This document shows positions 1 to 11,699 of a DNA stretch of 20,000 bases, one piece after another (the stretch's first letter is position 1; each line of letters begins with the position of its first letter). The translations under genes and the position numbers were made by a program. Source of the DNA: Psammoneis japonica (taxonomy: Eukaryota); assembly GCA_008632985.1 (NCBI GenBank), contig QPGO01000272.1:59898-79897 (forward strand). Reading direction: 5' to 3'. The notes under the pieces were generated by a model. That model was not told where the DNA came from. It saw only the letters and a program-made list of their open reading frames with translations, and made no database searches.

Positions 1-240
1 TTTGTCGCACGTGCGACAAAATCGCCAAAACATCAGTTGATGAGTGCAGTCTTCGCCGAAAGCCAAACTCATCATGTGGCGCTGCAGTTGACACAACGTC
101 TGTGTTTGGGACACGCCATCGCCAATTAAATGATGATTTTGTCTTGTTTGTCGCCAACGGCCAAAATTTGTCTCAAAGGGCGTTTTTCACGACAAATCGT
201 CCAGCTCATTTGTGGGAATGTCGCAATTGGCGACAAAATG
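1..240. repeat. Cluster of TGTCGC/GCGACA motifs, including a perfect 20-bp palindrome; possible subterminal region of a DNA transposon
   Basis: 1-20 tttgtcgcacgtgcgacaaa is its own reverse complement. Related motifs occur near 148 (tttgtcgcc), 190 (cgacaaa) and 219-238 (tgtcgcaattggcgacaaaa). The transposon interpretation is inference. Confidence 0.35.
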
Positions 241-850
241 CCGTGTGTCCCTGCCCTGGTCCACCATGACCCAACCGCAGGGTCGCTGCCGTCAGTGCGT
301 GCTGGTTCGAGCGGCATTGCCGGTGCAGGTGTCGCCGACGTGGAAGTTTCGTCCAGAAACGCAAGCAAGTCATTTGAAACGGCACCCGTCAGTGCGGAAG
401 GATCGCCAGTGAGTTGCGCCGCCGTAAACTCGGAAGATGATGCCACCTTGAATCTGTGTGGAGTTCAATTGAGAAACGGAACATAAAATGTGAGTCAGCA
501 CACAAGTGGACAGAACGCCACCAAGCGCCACACGGTGTGCATGCTAAAGTGCAACATGACAGCATGCACTCACCCGCAACTGCAGCGACCCTCACTTCTC
601 ACTTGCTCTCTGGTGTGAAAATGACAGCAGTTGTCAGGAGCACGTCATCAGTTGTGGGTGCTGCAGCAACAGATTCAGCAGATTTGGCTGCAAAGCCAGT
701 CTCCCGTTGGTGTTTTGCTTCTTCGCAGGGCGCCGGCAAGCGATGAGCGCCAGCCACATGCACAATCCTGCAAACAACTGGCGAGAGCAAGCAACAGCTG
801 AAGCCAACCGTCACCGGCCGAGGACATTTTTGATCGGCTGAAGGACAAGT

Positions 851-1128
851 CTCAAGGCGCCAACCATCTGCTGCAAACTTTTCGAGGACAACTCGGCTGC
901 ACTCGCAATCGTGAAGGTGCGCCTGAGATGCATCCAAGAACGCGTCACATCGACAATGTCTGTCACCATTTTTGCTCTGAAGTTGCCAACAGAAGCCTGC
1001 TGATTGAGGCTGTTGGCTCCAAACTCCAGCAAGTGGACTTCCCAATGAAAATGCCGGACCTGTCGTTGTTCATCCACCGTTGCCTGTCTGTGCAGGGATG
1101 GCAACAACTCGGACATTTTGGCGTGTGA
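851..1128 (+). pseudogene. Ty1/copia RNase H C-terminal remnant (frameshifted)
   Basis: Reads LKAPTICCKLFEDNSAALAIVKV, then MHPRTRHIDNVCHHFCSEVANRSLLIEAVGSKLQQVDFPMK..QGW. This matches the copia RNase H pattern FEDN..A..PRTKHI..KYHHFR..Q.AD..TK..GW. Confidence 0.85.
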
Positions 1129-2679
1129 GAATGTGTGCACTCCCGTGGTGTGCATCATCATGCCACCAAGTCCTGTGTGCCACAATGACCCTTCAGAAAC
1201 TGCCATCAACTGCCATCAACAACTCGCCCAATCAGAGATCAAGAAATGAATGAGATCGGAGGTCTGGGGTGCAATCGAGAACAGAGCCTCACCTCCATTC
1301 TTCTTTTGTGCAATCATCAAGAACTTTTTGTTCTGGGTGAGTCTTCACACCATGTTCATCTGTGTTGAGTTTGGCACAAATCACTTCTTGTTCTCTGCAA
1401 ATTCTTGTTGGTTTCCAAGTGGAGTGGTTTTTGTTCTCACAATTTGGTGACTGGTCAATTCGCAACTCCCAGGTTGTCCACTTTGCCATTTCCATCTCTG
1501 CGGTGCAAACTGATGCATTCCCACACAAGAAATGCCATCAAGCTGGGAGTGATGGAGAACATCATTTTGCCATCATTCCACAAAAGGAAACTGTGGAACA
1601 GCACAGCTGATGAGTGCAATGATGGCGGGAATGTGGCCAGAGAGCAGTGCCTCATTTCCAGAAATCTGCAAGATTGGCTGAAAAGAAACAAAAAAAAGAG
1701 ATGCGCGCGCATTTGAGTCTCAAGCTCAAATGAGATTCTGGACAAAAAAGCGCAGCTCAGACAAAACATAAACTGCAGCACACATTGGATGCCAGACAGA
1801 GTTCCAGTCCATCAGAGTGTAAACTGGGCAGACACGCTGCACGTGCAACTGCAGTCAAAATCGAGCCAAAGCAGATCACCTCTTTGTCATTTTTGGGTCG
1901 ATTGATTGAGTTCCCAGAAATTGCATCCCAGCACCAACCACCATCTTGGGGTGGATTGGATGGCTTTTTCAAGTGTCACCTCAAGATTTTGCAAAGTTCG
2001 CTCCCTTGCTGAACTTCATGTTGGTCCCACCTTTGTTGCAACAGAGCTTGTTTGCACAACACACAGTGGTTTCATTTTGTGGAAGCTGAAATTTTTGTGT
2101 GAGCATTTGTCAGCTGCTGTGCCACAGTTGTCAGTGGCACATCATTGCAACAGGCAGAGGCTGGGTGTCGGGAATCCAAATGTGCATTGACGTGCAATGC
2201 TGTCTTTGCATGCCAGGCACCCTGCCCGGTGATTGGCTGCAGGGCGCTTTGCTGTCCCCGTCCCCGGGTGCGAATGCACGCGCGGTTGTTGTCCCGGCAT
2301 CTGAGATTGACGGTGCAGCTTGCTGAGCACTGGCTGCATCTGCTGGTCTAAAATGACTGCCAGTGTGGTGCACAAATGAAGTTGTTTGTGAGCTTCACTG
2401 CTGGTGGCAAGACACATCACAATGCTGCATGATCTGCCCTCTCCAGATTTTCTTTTTTCTGGTGCTTTTCCACATTTGTGAGCACATTTTTTCATCATGA
2501 GCACGCAATGGCATTCAAGTGGGATGTGGCACCACAACCGTGTGACAGTGATGGTGCTTTGGCTGTCTTGATGCCAGATGTTGAGGTTGTCTGGGAGCAG
2601 GTGGTCAACATTTGGTCCAGGAATTTGGAGCGCAGCTCAAGCAGGGCTCATTTGGAGTGTGGTGCAAAGGGGCAGACCA

Positions 2680-3004
2680 GCACCATCCTCCTCCCACTGG
2701 GGGTGCCTGGAGCTGATCTAAGACAAAGGGATGCATGATCCCCTCAGGCAATGATGAGTTGCCTGTGACTCTCAGCATGGCTTTTGCCATTTGTCAGCCA
2801 GCCATGCACTTTGTCAAGCAACACACCACCCTCTTGTTCCGCCATGTGCGAGAGGCGATTGCCTGCAGTTTCCTCAAGTTTCATTTCATTGAAGGTTCCC
2901 ACAACCCAGCTGACATCCTCAGCAAGCACTGGAGCCACTCCCAGGTCTGGAACTTTCTTCATCCTCTGATGTTTTGGAGTGTCAATCCCAAGGCTTTCAA
3001 CTGA
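2680..3004 (+). pseudogene. Ty1/copia (CoDi-type) RNase H C-terminal remnant
   Basis: LGVP..GNDE..KQHTTLLFRHVREAIACSFLKFHFIEGSHNPADILSKHWSHSQVWNFLHPLMFW matches the CoDi pol end HRVREAIA..NPADILSKHW..VW..L.PLLFW. Confidence 0.9.
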
Positions 3005-3045
3005 TCCGATTTCAAATCTGTTGCTGTTGACCCCTCAAGCAAACT

Positions 3046-3061
3046 GGGGAGTGACAGGATT
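3046..3061 (+). other. Polypurine tract plus start of a 3' LTR (GGGGAG|TGACAGGATT)
   Basis: Lies just downstream of the RNase H stop. The same TGACAGRA terminus starts the LTRs at 7861 and 8552. The LTR end was not found. Confidence 0.65.
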
Positions 3062-5656
3062 AGAAAGAGATTTTGGTTTGCCACATGTGATTGTGTGTGC
3101 TCTCAGTTTTGCGTGCAGTGCGCAATGCAGTTTGCTTTCAAGCCACATGGCTCACAAGAACAACAACAGCAGTGCCGGTGTCATGACACCAGTCTTTCTT
3201 CTCCTGAAATGGTCTCAGCACAGAGACTCATTTGCCACTTAGACAGCAGCAAGGAGTCATTGTTTTCTTCCACCCACTCATCTTCAATTTCTGTCATGAG
3301 GTCAGGACGCAGAGTCTGAAGGTTCATTGCAAGTGTCTCCTCACACATCTTGGCTTTCCTGTTGGCTGCTTCATGTTTCACTTGGCACAAAACATCCTTG
3401 TGGGCTGCTGAAGCAAAATCTGAGTGGCCACAAAGTGAGCCCCACATCACATGGAAGAATGCAGGAGCACTCACTTCACATTTTTGGGTGCAGACTTCAT
3501 TGGACAAAGGATGAATGGTCCTGAAAATTTGATTGGGAGGGCAGACAGGGCCATTCTGTGGCTGTCATCAGCCAAGGTCTTGCCATCTGATGCCGGATTG
3601 CTCCGCAAATGTGTGTTGCCAGTTTTTCTTTTTTCTCTGACAATTTTTTGCTGCATCAAAATTTTCAGCTCTGTGGCAATTGCACAAGGAGGTTCAAGGT
3701 TCAAGGCAGGTTTGAGGGCAGTGAGTGGTGATGATTTCCCTTTGCGTCTGCTTGTTGGCGCACATGTGTGCTGCACCATCGCAGCCAGCTCTCAACACTG
3801 CATGGGAGGTCTGTCCTTTCCCTGCCGTTTGCTTGAAACAAACAGTGAGCTTTGTTGACTGCACAAAATCAAATGTTGCAAGTGCAAGCAAAAGCAGCAG
3901 GAGGGCTTCAAAGGGGCAAGGTCTGTGTTTTGGCCAAATCATTGTGAGCTGTGACATGGATGCACAAGGGCAAAAAGAGACACAAGCACAACAATGATGT
4001 GTGCACAAATGAGCGCTGATGATTTGGCTGCTGCACTTGATTGCCTCTCAACCAAGGTCTTTGTGTGACAGTGGAGGTGCAATGCAACATGTTGTGTTGG
4101 CATGACTCACTCATTTGCTCCAGCTCAAGTTGCGCCAGAATGCACAGCACGCATGACTTTGACTTGCAACTGGCATCTTTCCCAATTTTTCTCTCTTTTC
4201 AGCTCAATTTTAACAGCATGGATGGCCTGTTCTGGCCACAGGTGAGGAGCAATCCATCACGTGAGAGGCTTTTTTCTGCGCTGTTTGGCACACTAAAATT
4301 CCTCAAATTTGATTGTTTTGAAAATCAAAAGGTGAGTGCACACAAAAAAATGAGTTTTGTGCACAATCACCCTTCAGGAAAAAACTGATTTTGAAGGAGT
4401 TCATTGTGCTGCTGGAGCTGGAACAGGCCAGACTCTTTCATCTCTGATGTTGTTGTCTCTGTCTCCACCCACCATCAACATTTGAGAGCCACTTCTGGCT
4501 GTCCAACATGTCTGGTGCAACATTGTTCTGACAGCAGAGAAAGTGCAAACATTGCAATTGCGCGGCATTTGTTGTTGTTCAAACATGTCTTTGCTTGTGA
4601 TCATCCATCCAGTTGACAATGTTCTTTCCTTTCCCTTTGCTTGCACAGCACATCATGAATGCTGCAATTTCAGATGAGTTGTGCCACATCCACTGCACTG
4701 ATTCTGTTTGCCCTTTCATTGATGCACACTGCAGCTTTCTCAGTGTCTGACAATTGACAGTGTGTGCCACGCATCTGTGCTGCTGCTGCGCGAGAGGCAG
4801 CTGCTGCATGTGAAGGTGCTGCACAATGTTTGCTGCTTGCACTGAAATTGACCAAAGCATTTGTGTGCATTTGACATGTGAGGCAACAACAGGGCATTCT
4901 TTGATGACATCAATCTCTAGAGTTTGTCTCTGCAACAGGTGCTTTGACTTTTCCTTTGGCATCATTCAAGGCAAGATGCCCCCAAAAGATGACCACCTTG
5001 GTCACCCACCTCAACAATGCCATCGCCTTTCTCCATTCTCCCTCAAAAGACTGGTCTCAATGACAAAGTTTCCAAGCAGTCACCTTTTTCTGATCTGAGA
5101 GGTGTGCTGATGAGTTGTTTGCAGCCCAAGAAACAAGCAAGAATGGCAGATTGTGCTTTTGAGACAGAGCCCCCATTCCTTGCTGTGGCTCCTGTGGCAG
5201 CTCATTTGCTTTGGTTTTGTGTTCTGTGGAGCACAAGTCACTGGAGAGCTGAGAAGAGTGGCATGAAATCAATCCAAGGAAAAGGATTTTTTGGTGCTGC
5301 TCAAAAAATCAGATTGTCAACAGCTCTAAATCAAATTTTTCAGTCATGCAAGCATTTGATGCACTGCCAGTTTTTCTTTTTTCTGATGATTTTTTGCTCA
5401 CAGAAAAGCACTCAAGAGAGAGCATGGCAATGTCAGTTGACCAATGAAAAGATGTGGAAGTTCACCCAAAACTGACAAGACAAGGAGAGATTGGGCCACA
5501 CATGTTGCCAAACGTTCTGAAAAACAATGCCGTGTTTGCAGAGAAAATGCCATGTTTGTGGGTGGTCAACCAGCCCAGAAACCCAACTGGCTGAGGATGT
5601 GGTGGATGCTCTCTGCGGCTGGGGTCATTCCCACCATCTCAGACCATTGCATTCAC

Positions 5657-5802
5657 TGTCACAATGTCCAGGGCAAAGTCAACAAGCAAAGTTTGATGAT
5701 GAACAAAGGACATCATGACAACTCCAGATGCCAGCTGCTTTGCAGTGACCAAATTGAAGTTGTGAGGAGAGGGGAAGCTCATCACGTCCTCTCTTTGAGG
5801 TG
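5657..5802. repeat. Direct repeat copy A; candidate 3' LTR remnant of the outer copia
   Basis: gcaaagtcaacaa..caaaggacatcatga..tgcagtgaccaaattgaa.ttgtgaggagagg..ctctttgaggtg is shared with 19322-19466. No clear PPT was seen. Confidence 0.6.
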
Positions 5803-6322
5803 TTTTGAGTGATGTTGGTTCCGATGATGCAAGTCATTGCAATGGCAAGTCACAATGACCATCATGATGATTTGACAATCTTCACACTTCAAGCCACACA
5901 GGGGCTGAGTTGGTGGCCAGTGAGACCAAACACACACTTGCCAGCAAGTCGCAAGCCATGGTGGTGCTCCAATGCTGGGTGCCTCTCCCAGCACCACTGC
6001 ATGTCCATCAGCTTTTGACATGTTTGCCACTCTCATGCTGTGGCCAGCCCACCATTTGCATTTTCCAGAGCTGCTGCTTTGTCACTCAAGAGATGAGCGA
6101 CTCCATTTTTGCCAGCCAAAAAGGCAAAGACACCCACAACACACCACTCAAAGGGAGCAGGCTTGTCAGCAAGCTTGTTTGGGGCAAGTGCACAGCAAAA
6201 GACCACAAAAGCAAATGAGGTGACCTCGCACATGTGCTGCATCAATGGGGCCAATTTGTGCTTGGCGCGCACACTCTTCCTGCCCATTGGCCAGACTCCC
6301 AGCCACCCACACACCCCAAAGG

Positions 6323-6631
6323 CCGCTTCATCTGCCACACCACCGGCAGCACCTTGCAGTCTCTTTTCACCTTTGATCTTGGAACAATGGAAAACTTGCC
6401 ATTTTCCATTTGATCCAACACCTGTTTTTGCATTGCCCTCAGGAGTTGTGTGTGATCTGGTTCCTTCACAGCTTGGTGCGTGCACATGGTGTCAGGATGT
6501 GCTGATGCTTTGCAGGCAAGGAGAAGATTCTTCTCTTCTTGCAGTGCTTGTGAGTCTTGGGGATGCATTGCTGTCAAACACATTGTCTCACCCTCAATGT
6601 TGCTCTTTGTTTCGCTGCTGATTTCAGACAT
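6323..6631 (-). pseudogene. Outer copia: N-terminus of reverse transcriptase, truncated after WQMKR
   Basis: LLACKASAHPDTMCTHQAVKEPD..LRAMQKQVLDQMENGKFSIVPRSKV..VLPVVWQMKR matches CoDi AYKA..DPDTMY.HQAM.EPD..F..AM.KE..ILPAVW.MKRKR. Confidence 0.9.
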
Positions 6632-6649
6632 CTGTCCTTGTTTTGAAAA

Positions 6650-7343
6650 AACTCAGTGTGTTGTCGATCACATTGTTGGCCATTTGCATTGCGTGAGGCC
6701 AAAGATTTGCTGTGGTGATTGCCTTTTTCCATTGGCTCTGAGCGTGTCTTAACATGCTTCTTGAGAGCTCTTAGAGTTCACACATGTGGCACTTGGACAA
6801 ACCATTTTGGTGGTGAGTGCTGACCACTGCAAAGGTGAGCCATTGCCCCTGTGTTCTACATGCACATGCCAAGTTGTCAGCCTTGAAGACACCATTGTCA
6901 GCATGACAGCAGGCTTTGACTGTGATGCCACAACCCTTCTTGGTGCATTGCTCGAAAGCACGTTTGCCCTCTGGCATCTGTGCTGCCAATGCAATCTTTT
7001 GCAAACACACATGCCCCAGCTTGAGCCATTGATTGACAGGCACAGCAGTGCACTTGTGCCTTTTGGTCATTGGCCATCAAGTCATTTGAGCAATCAACCC
7101 CAGCATTGGAGATGTGAGTTGATCCACTGATGTGACTTGCCCTGGGCATGTGGGTTTTTCCCTCGTTTCTGGTTGCTTTGTGTTTTGTCCCGCCATCTTC
7201 ATTGCCTTTGCATGCAGGCACACAGAGCAGACAGGTGTGTTGCATTTTGCCAGGCTCTTGGGAAGTGTTCCCAATCTTGCCACAACTTGCAGCTGCTTGA
7301 AACTCACATGACCAAATTGTTGATGGCATTTTAGGAGTGGCAA
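6650..7343 (-). pseudogene. Outer copia: integrase (HHCC zinc finger plus core), frameshifted
   Basis: HQQFGHVSF..CSVCLHAK (HHCC); PGQVTSVDQLTSP..GLIAQMT; EGKRAFEQ..CHADNGVFKA; HHQNGLS; LWPHAM. Confidence 0.92.
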
Positions 7344-7739
7344 TGCCTTGGCAGATCCTTGGCAGTCCTCTTCATCCTTCCTGTTGGTGGCTTGAAGAAT
7401 TCTTCCTGCACCACATTTGGTGTGCTGGAATCTGCTCCCTTTGAGGTTGAACCCGGCAAGTTGTCCATGTCACCCTTGTGCTTGCCGTTCATCTTTGGCC
7501 CGTCCAAGTCAAAAACTGCTGCAGCGGGCCCATTGCCACTCCCAGGAGCCAACCCTGAGTCTTGTGATTGGTCTTGGCCTGCAGGTTGAAGTTTCATGTG
7601 TGGCACTTCAGCCTTGCATTCCACCATCCTTGTCTCAGTCCTCATTGTCGCTGACAATGGAAGCCCCCTCAGCAAGCACAGGATCCTTGGCGCTTCACGT
7701 GCTGGGTCGGTGTCATCCTTGGCACACCAGAATGCTTTG

Positions 7740-7860
7740 CACTTCTCATGTCCCACCACATTGGTCATCTTGCTCAGCGGCACAGTCAGTTGGTGTTTCT
7801 TTTGGCTCCAACAGAGGGTTTCCTGTTTTGAGTTGGTCTTGCTGCCAGACCCTTCCCCAG
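7740..7860 (-). pseudogene. Outer copia: protease C-terminal segment, continuing from 16241
   Basis: GEGSGSKTNSKQETLCWSQKKHQLTVPLSKMTNV is in frame with ..LLSPQHWAKTQWDNEPG once 7861-16240 and one TSD copy are removed. Confidence 0.8.
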
Positions 7861-8366
7861 TGACAGAAATCGAGGAAGGGGTTGGATTTTTCGACAGCCA
7901 ACCTTCACGATGAATGCAGAAACAGTGAATGGCAACAGCGACAAATCAGCAGCACAAACACTGACAGATCACTCCATTCCTTGGTCGGGGAATGGAAATC
8001 TGTTGGCAACAATGGCGCACTCTGGTGCGAATTCCAAAGTGGGCTTGGGTTCGAGTCTCACCAACCACGTGTCTTGGCCGTCGGGGTGTCTGAACATCCG
8101 GGCGTGCCACCACAGGCACAAGACCAGGCACCTCCACCTGGCCAGACCGAAAACTGTTCCTGACCCTGGAACACATGTCCTCATTGTTCACAGGGGCACC
8201 CGCAACGGTCTCTGCATGGAGACTTGTCTGCTGTGTAGACAGCAGCAAAGTGTTGCACACTGGGTCTGGGCTGGAGGAGCTCCACTCACCGTGTCCACCT
8301 GATCTCACATGCACTCGAGTTGCGGAGACAGAGCAAGAGCGAGTCATTCTTGTTCGAATCCTGTCT
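7861..8366 (+). repeat. Uninterrupted 5' LTR (~506 bp) of the short LTR element
   Basis: Aligns piecewise to 8552-8659, 8927-9009, 15394-15508 (inverted), 15668-15785 and 16188-16240. Confidence 0.88.
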
Positions 8367-8657
8367 CAGATTGACAGTCTTGATGACCCTGGTCAATGCA
8401 ATGAGCTCTGATTGAGCAATGAGAACATCTCAAGGACACAAAGTGTGCAAGTGGTGACTGGAGTCAACTCTGGGGCCCGTTTGACAGCAAAGCCAGAAGC
8501 CACTCAAGAGACATGGAAGAATGACACTCAAAGTGTCAGGTCAATGAGGAGTGACAGGAATTGAAGAAGGATTGGATTTTGACAGTCAACCTTTGCAATT
8601 AATGTGGAAAGAGTGAGTGGCAACAGCGACAAGTTGGCAGTGCACGCACCAACAGAT

Positions 8658-8926
8658 CAACAGCAATCTTTCGTGCTGCAGAGTCATTTGCGTAGAAACA
8701 TGTGGAACAGCACCAAGACAATCATTGAAAAGTCTGTCTGTCTGTCCTTAACGATTTTTAACTTTGCGAAAAATGGACTTGACTGTTTTCTGATCAGGTG
8801 CATTTTTCTTCAATGCACTTGCAAAAATGCTCCTGACCCGACAACAGTTAAGTCTGTTTTTGCACAAATTGTGTGAACACAACAGTTTCAGTGCAAAAAC
8901 GTGCAACTTTCAAAAGATTCCCATTG
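8658..8926. mobile_element. MITE-like insertion (~265 bp) in the 3' LTR
   Basis: Absent from the 5' LTR (agatc|actcc at 7966-7975). Degenerate TIRs caacagcaatcttt / aaagattcccattg, with an internal ~40-bp imperfect inverted repeat (8766-8807 / 8823-8864). The TSD is ambiguous. Confidence 0.75.
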
Positions 8927-9009
8927 ACTCCATTCCTTGGTTGGGGAATGGAAACCTGTTGGCAACAATGGCACATTCTGGTGCAAATTCCAAAGTGGGC
9001 TTGGGTTTG

Positions 9010-9193
9010 TGAATGAATGCCACCATGACAGCCAAGAATTGGGTGCAAGACAAGACAGAGTGTCGAACAGCATCAACAGGTTCTAGAATTGTGAGATGTC
9101 ATGCCACTGGGTCCACCAAACAAGCGACAGTGGACCAATCGCCAACAGCACATGAACTGCCTGTGTTCGTGACAGTGTGTCAGCATTTGCTCA
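9010..9193 (-). repeat. 3' LTR (184 bp) of the inner copia
   Basis: TGAATGAATGC...GCATTTGCTCA has TG..CA ends with short inverted termini and matches 15381-15393 plus the reverse complement of 15509-15667. A PPT-like AAGGGGAC lies on the minus strand at 9194-9201. Confidence 0.88.
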
Positions 9194-9344
9194 GTCCCCT
9201 TGAACTGACCCTGGCTCCGCTTGGGCCAGATCAACAGACAAATGCAACCTGATGCTGCCCTGTTCCAGGGCAGCATTTTCATTTTGGGGGTGGGAAAAGC
9301 CACGCCTGTGTGGCAAACCCATTTGGTTTGTCCCCTTTTGGGAC

Positions 9345-9810
9345 TCACCATGAGATGTGACTTGTGGTCTCCCAGAGCTTTGGTCCAGGCAACAACTTGG
9401 TTGACACGTCCACCAGATTCATGCGTCTGTCTTCCCAAGCAATGCGCACTGTCCCAGCAGCTTGTGCCTCATGAGTCCTGTGACAGGCAATTGCATCATT
9501 GTGCTTCTTCTTCAATGCAGACTCTGGCTTGGTTGAGTTCTTGAAGACAGCTTCATTGTCGCAGAAGACATCAGTGGCCCCACCCATGGGGATTCCAAGC
9601 ATTTGAAGCTTGCAGTGCAAGGTTTCAATCTGCTCCACTGCAGCCCTCATTGCTGTGAACTCAGACCCAAAAGCAGAGGACTCTGTGGCATTCGGCCGTT
9701 TAGAGTGGCACAAGAAGGGCACTTGTTGGATGAATGTGTCACAGGATCCCAGTGTGGGACCTGTGCATCACACGGCATCCCACGTGATCAGCATCAACAA
9801 AGCAAGTGGT
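9345..9810 (-). pseudogene. Inner copia: RNase H
   Basis: FVDADHVGC..RSHTGIL; HSKRPNATESSAFGSEFTAMR; LGIPM..VFCDNEAV; KKHNDAIACHRTHEAQAAG..NLVDVSTK. Confidence 0.93.
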
Positions 9811-11001
9811 TGTCATGCTGTTCCCACATGCTTCTGGCATGTTCAGCGGCATTGGCTCAGCCACACCAGGGCAGCACTCTTCCCAATTGCACTCAGCAAA
9901 ATGGCTCTTGTCAAAAGCAGGCTCAGTGCTGTCAAACACTGGCACAGACTTAGAGTGAGCCTCCAAGTGCGCAAAGATGTGGAGCACCTCGTCCAGGTGC
10001 CCAACTCGTGGTGCTGCCAAGTGGGAGGACATGAGCAAGACGGCAACAAAAATGTCCACTTGACCTGGTTCAACCACCCATCAGAGCACACCAACAAGGC
10101 CCTGATGGCAGCCAGCCATTTTGGCATTCAACTCAGGCGAACCATCCAATTCAGGCCCATGTCCCGAGCTCAAGGGCATTGACGCCTTCGTTGGAAGGTG
10201 CCTGTCAGTTTTCTTGCTGGGATCTAACTCAACATCAGCCAATGCCCTTTTGACACACAGGTCAGAGGACACAGCCCAGCGTGTCTTGCCATCCGAGTCA
10301 GACAACTGGTGCTGCTTTCTGATCTGAGCGCCTGAGTGCTCTTCCGGCTTGCAGACACTTCAACCTTGAGCGTGCACCCAGAGCTCATGCAATCCATGAC
10401 TTTCTGAGGTTCATGTGAGACACACAACAAGTTGTCCACATGGACAAGCACATGTTCTCAGTGCTTGAAGCCATCCAGCTTAACAGCAGCTCACATCCAG
10501 ACATCCGGCTCAGCCTTTCAAGACTCGAATCCAGCGTCATGCAAAGCAGCCGCCATGTGCTCCCTAAATCTTGCACCTGAAGACTTGAGACCATGCAAGG
10601 CTCAGACAATGATCGCCGGCCTTCCTTTGTTGTGCTTCCCAAATTCCAGGCCAGCAGCGGCACACCACTTCTCCTTGGTGTGTGCATTCAGGCAGGCATT
10701 CTGAATGTCAGCACTCAAGACCTCCAGGTTGTTGAGAGCCACTGTGGTGAATGCTGTCCCAACACTGTCACGTGAAAGCACACTGGAACAGGTTGATTCC
10801 TTCATCATCATCGCAGAATTCGAACACGGGCATGACATTGCGCATTTCCTTCTTGATGGCCTTGAACCAGAAGTCAGTCCCCATTGCATTGTCCATTTCC
10901 ACAGCTTTCTCAACAGGTTTTGGGAGTTCAATTCCAAACTTGTGCACGCGTTTCCAGTGACGCGACTTGACTTTCTTCAGGATCCTTGACCTGCAACACA
11001 A
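9811..11001 (-). pseudogene. Inner copia: reverse transcriptase (frameshifted, with an internal deletion near 10795)
   Basis: HKFGIELPK..WFKAIKKEM; SSVLSRDSV; ADIQNACLNA; ALHGLKSSGA; LVHVDN at 10431-10448 (the YVDD motif); PELDGSPEL..CHQGLVGVL. Confidence 0.95.
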
Positions 11002-11007
11002 GACGTC

Positions 11008-11481
11008 TCAGACCCACCAGTTAAAAGCTGGTTCACCAGCCACTTTGTTTGCTGCAGCATGCTCAGCAACCTTGACCGGGTTGGATTCCTTCAAATCCTT
11101 GAGAGAAACCCAGGATGTGGTCCCATCCTTCCATTTGACTTGTGGGTCCCAGCCTGCGGTCGTCATCTGAGGAGCACGCCTGCCAGTCTCAGTTGTTGTG
11201 TGCCCGTCATCAGCCTTTTCGGCATGAGCATCAGTTTGGTGATTGACTGTCTCCTTCAGGATCTGGCAGGCATTGCCTTTAGAGTCCTCTGTCTGGGTGA
11301 ATAGATTCTCTGTAATTGCATCAGCAGTGTGGGAGTCAGTGGAACCATCAGGGAATTCCACATCGTGTGCCCCAGAGTCAAGGACAGGGTTGTCATTCCC
11401 AGTGCCAGAAGGAACCCCGTCACTGTCCCGTTTGCATGCAATGACCCTGGCATGGGTCAGCTCACCTCCATGTGGTGACAT
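11008..11481 (-). pseudogene. Inner copia: conserved post-integrase domain with a chromodomain-like segment
   Basis: ARVIACKRDSDG..NPVLDS..HDVEFPDG..ITENL..TTAGW..QVKWKDGTTSWVSLKDLKESNPVKVAEHAAANKV..EPAFNWWV. Confidence 0.8.
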
Positions 11482-11699
11482 GACCTGAGCAGTGAGTCAT
11501 TCGTCAAGCCCCTCTGGGGTGCACTCATCAGCCTCTGGTTCAGAAGCTTTGGGTTCCACAGGTTTGACAGCATTGTCCCATTTGTCCATGAAGTCATCAG
11601 GGAGTTCAGGGAAGTCAGCCTTGACATCCTGTTCTGGGAGGGTGAGCCACTCAATCAGAGCTTGATCAACTCATGCAAGATCTGTCTGAATCATTGGAG

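Noticed and set aside
4753..4779. HRCVAHTVN on the minus strand, resembling the hAT transposase CxxH motif
   Set aside because: It is an isolated short match with no other hAT motifs, and Cys/His are inflated by the mutational bias.
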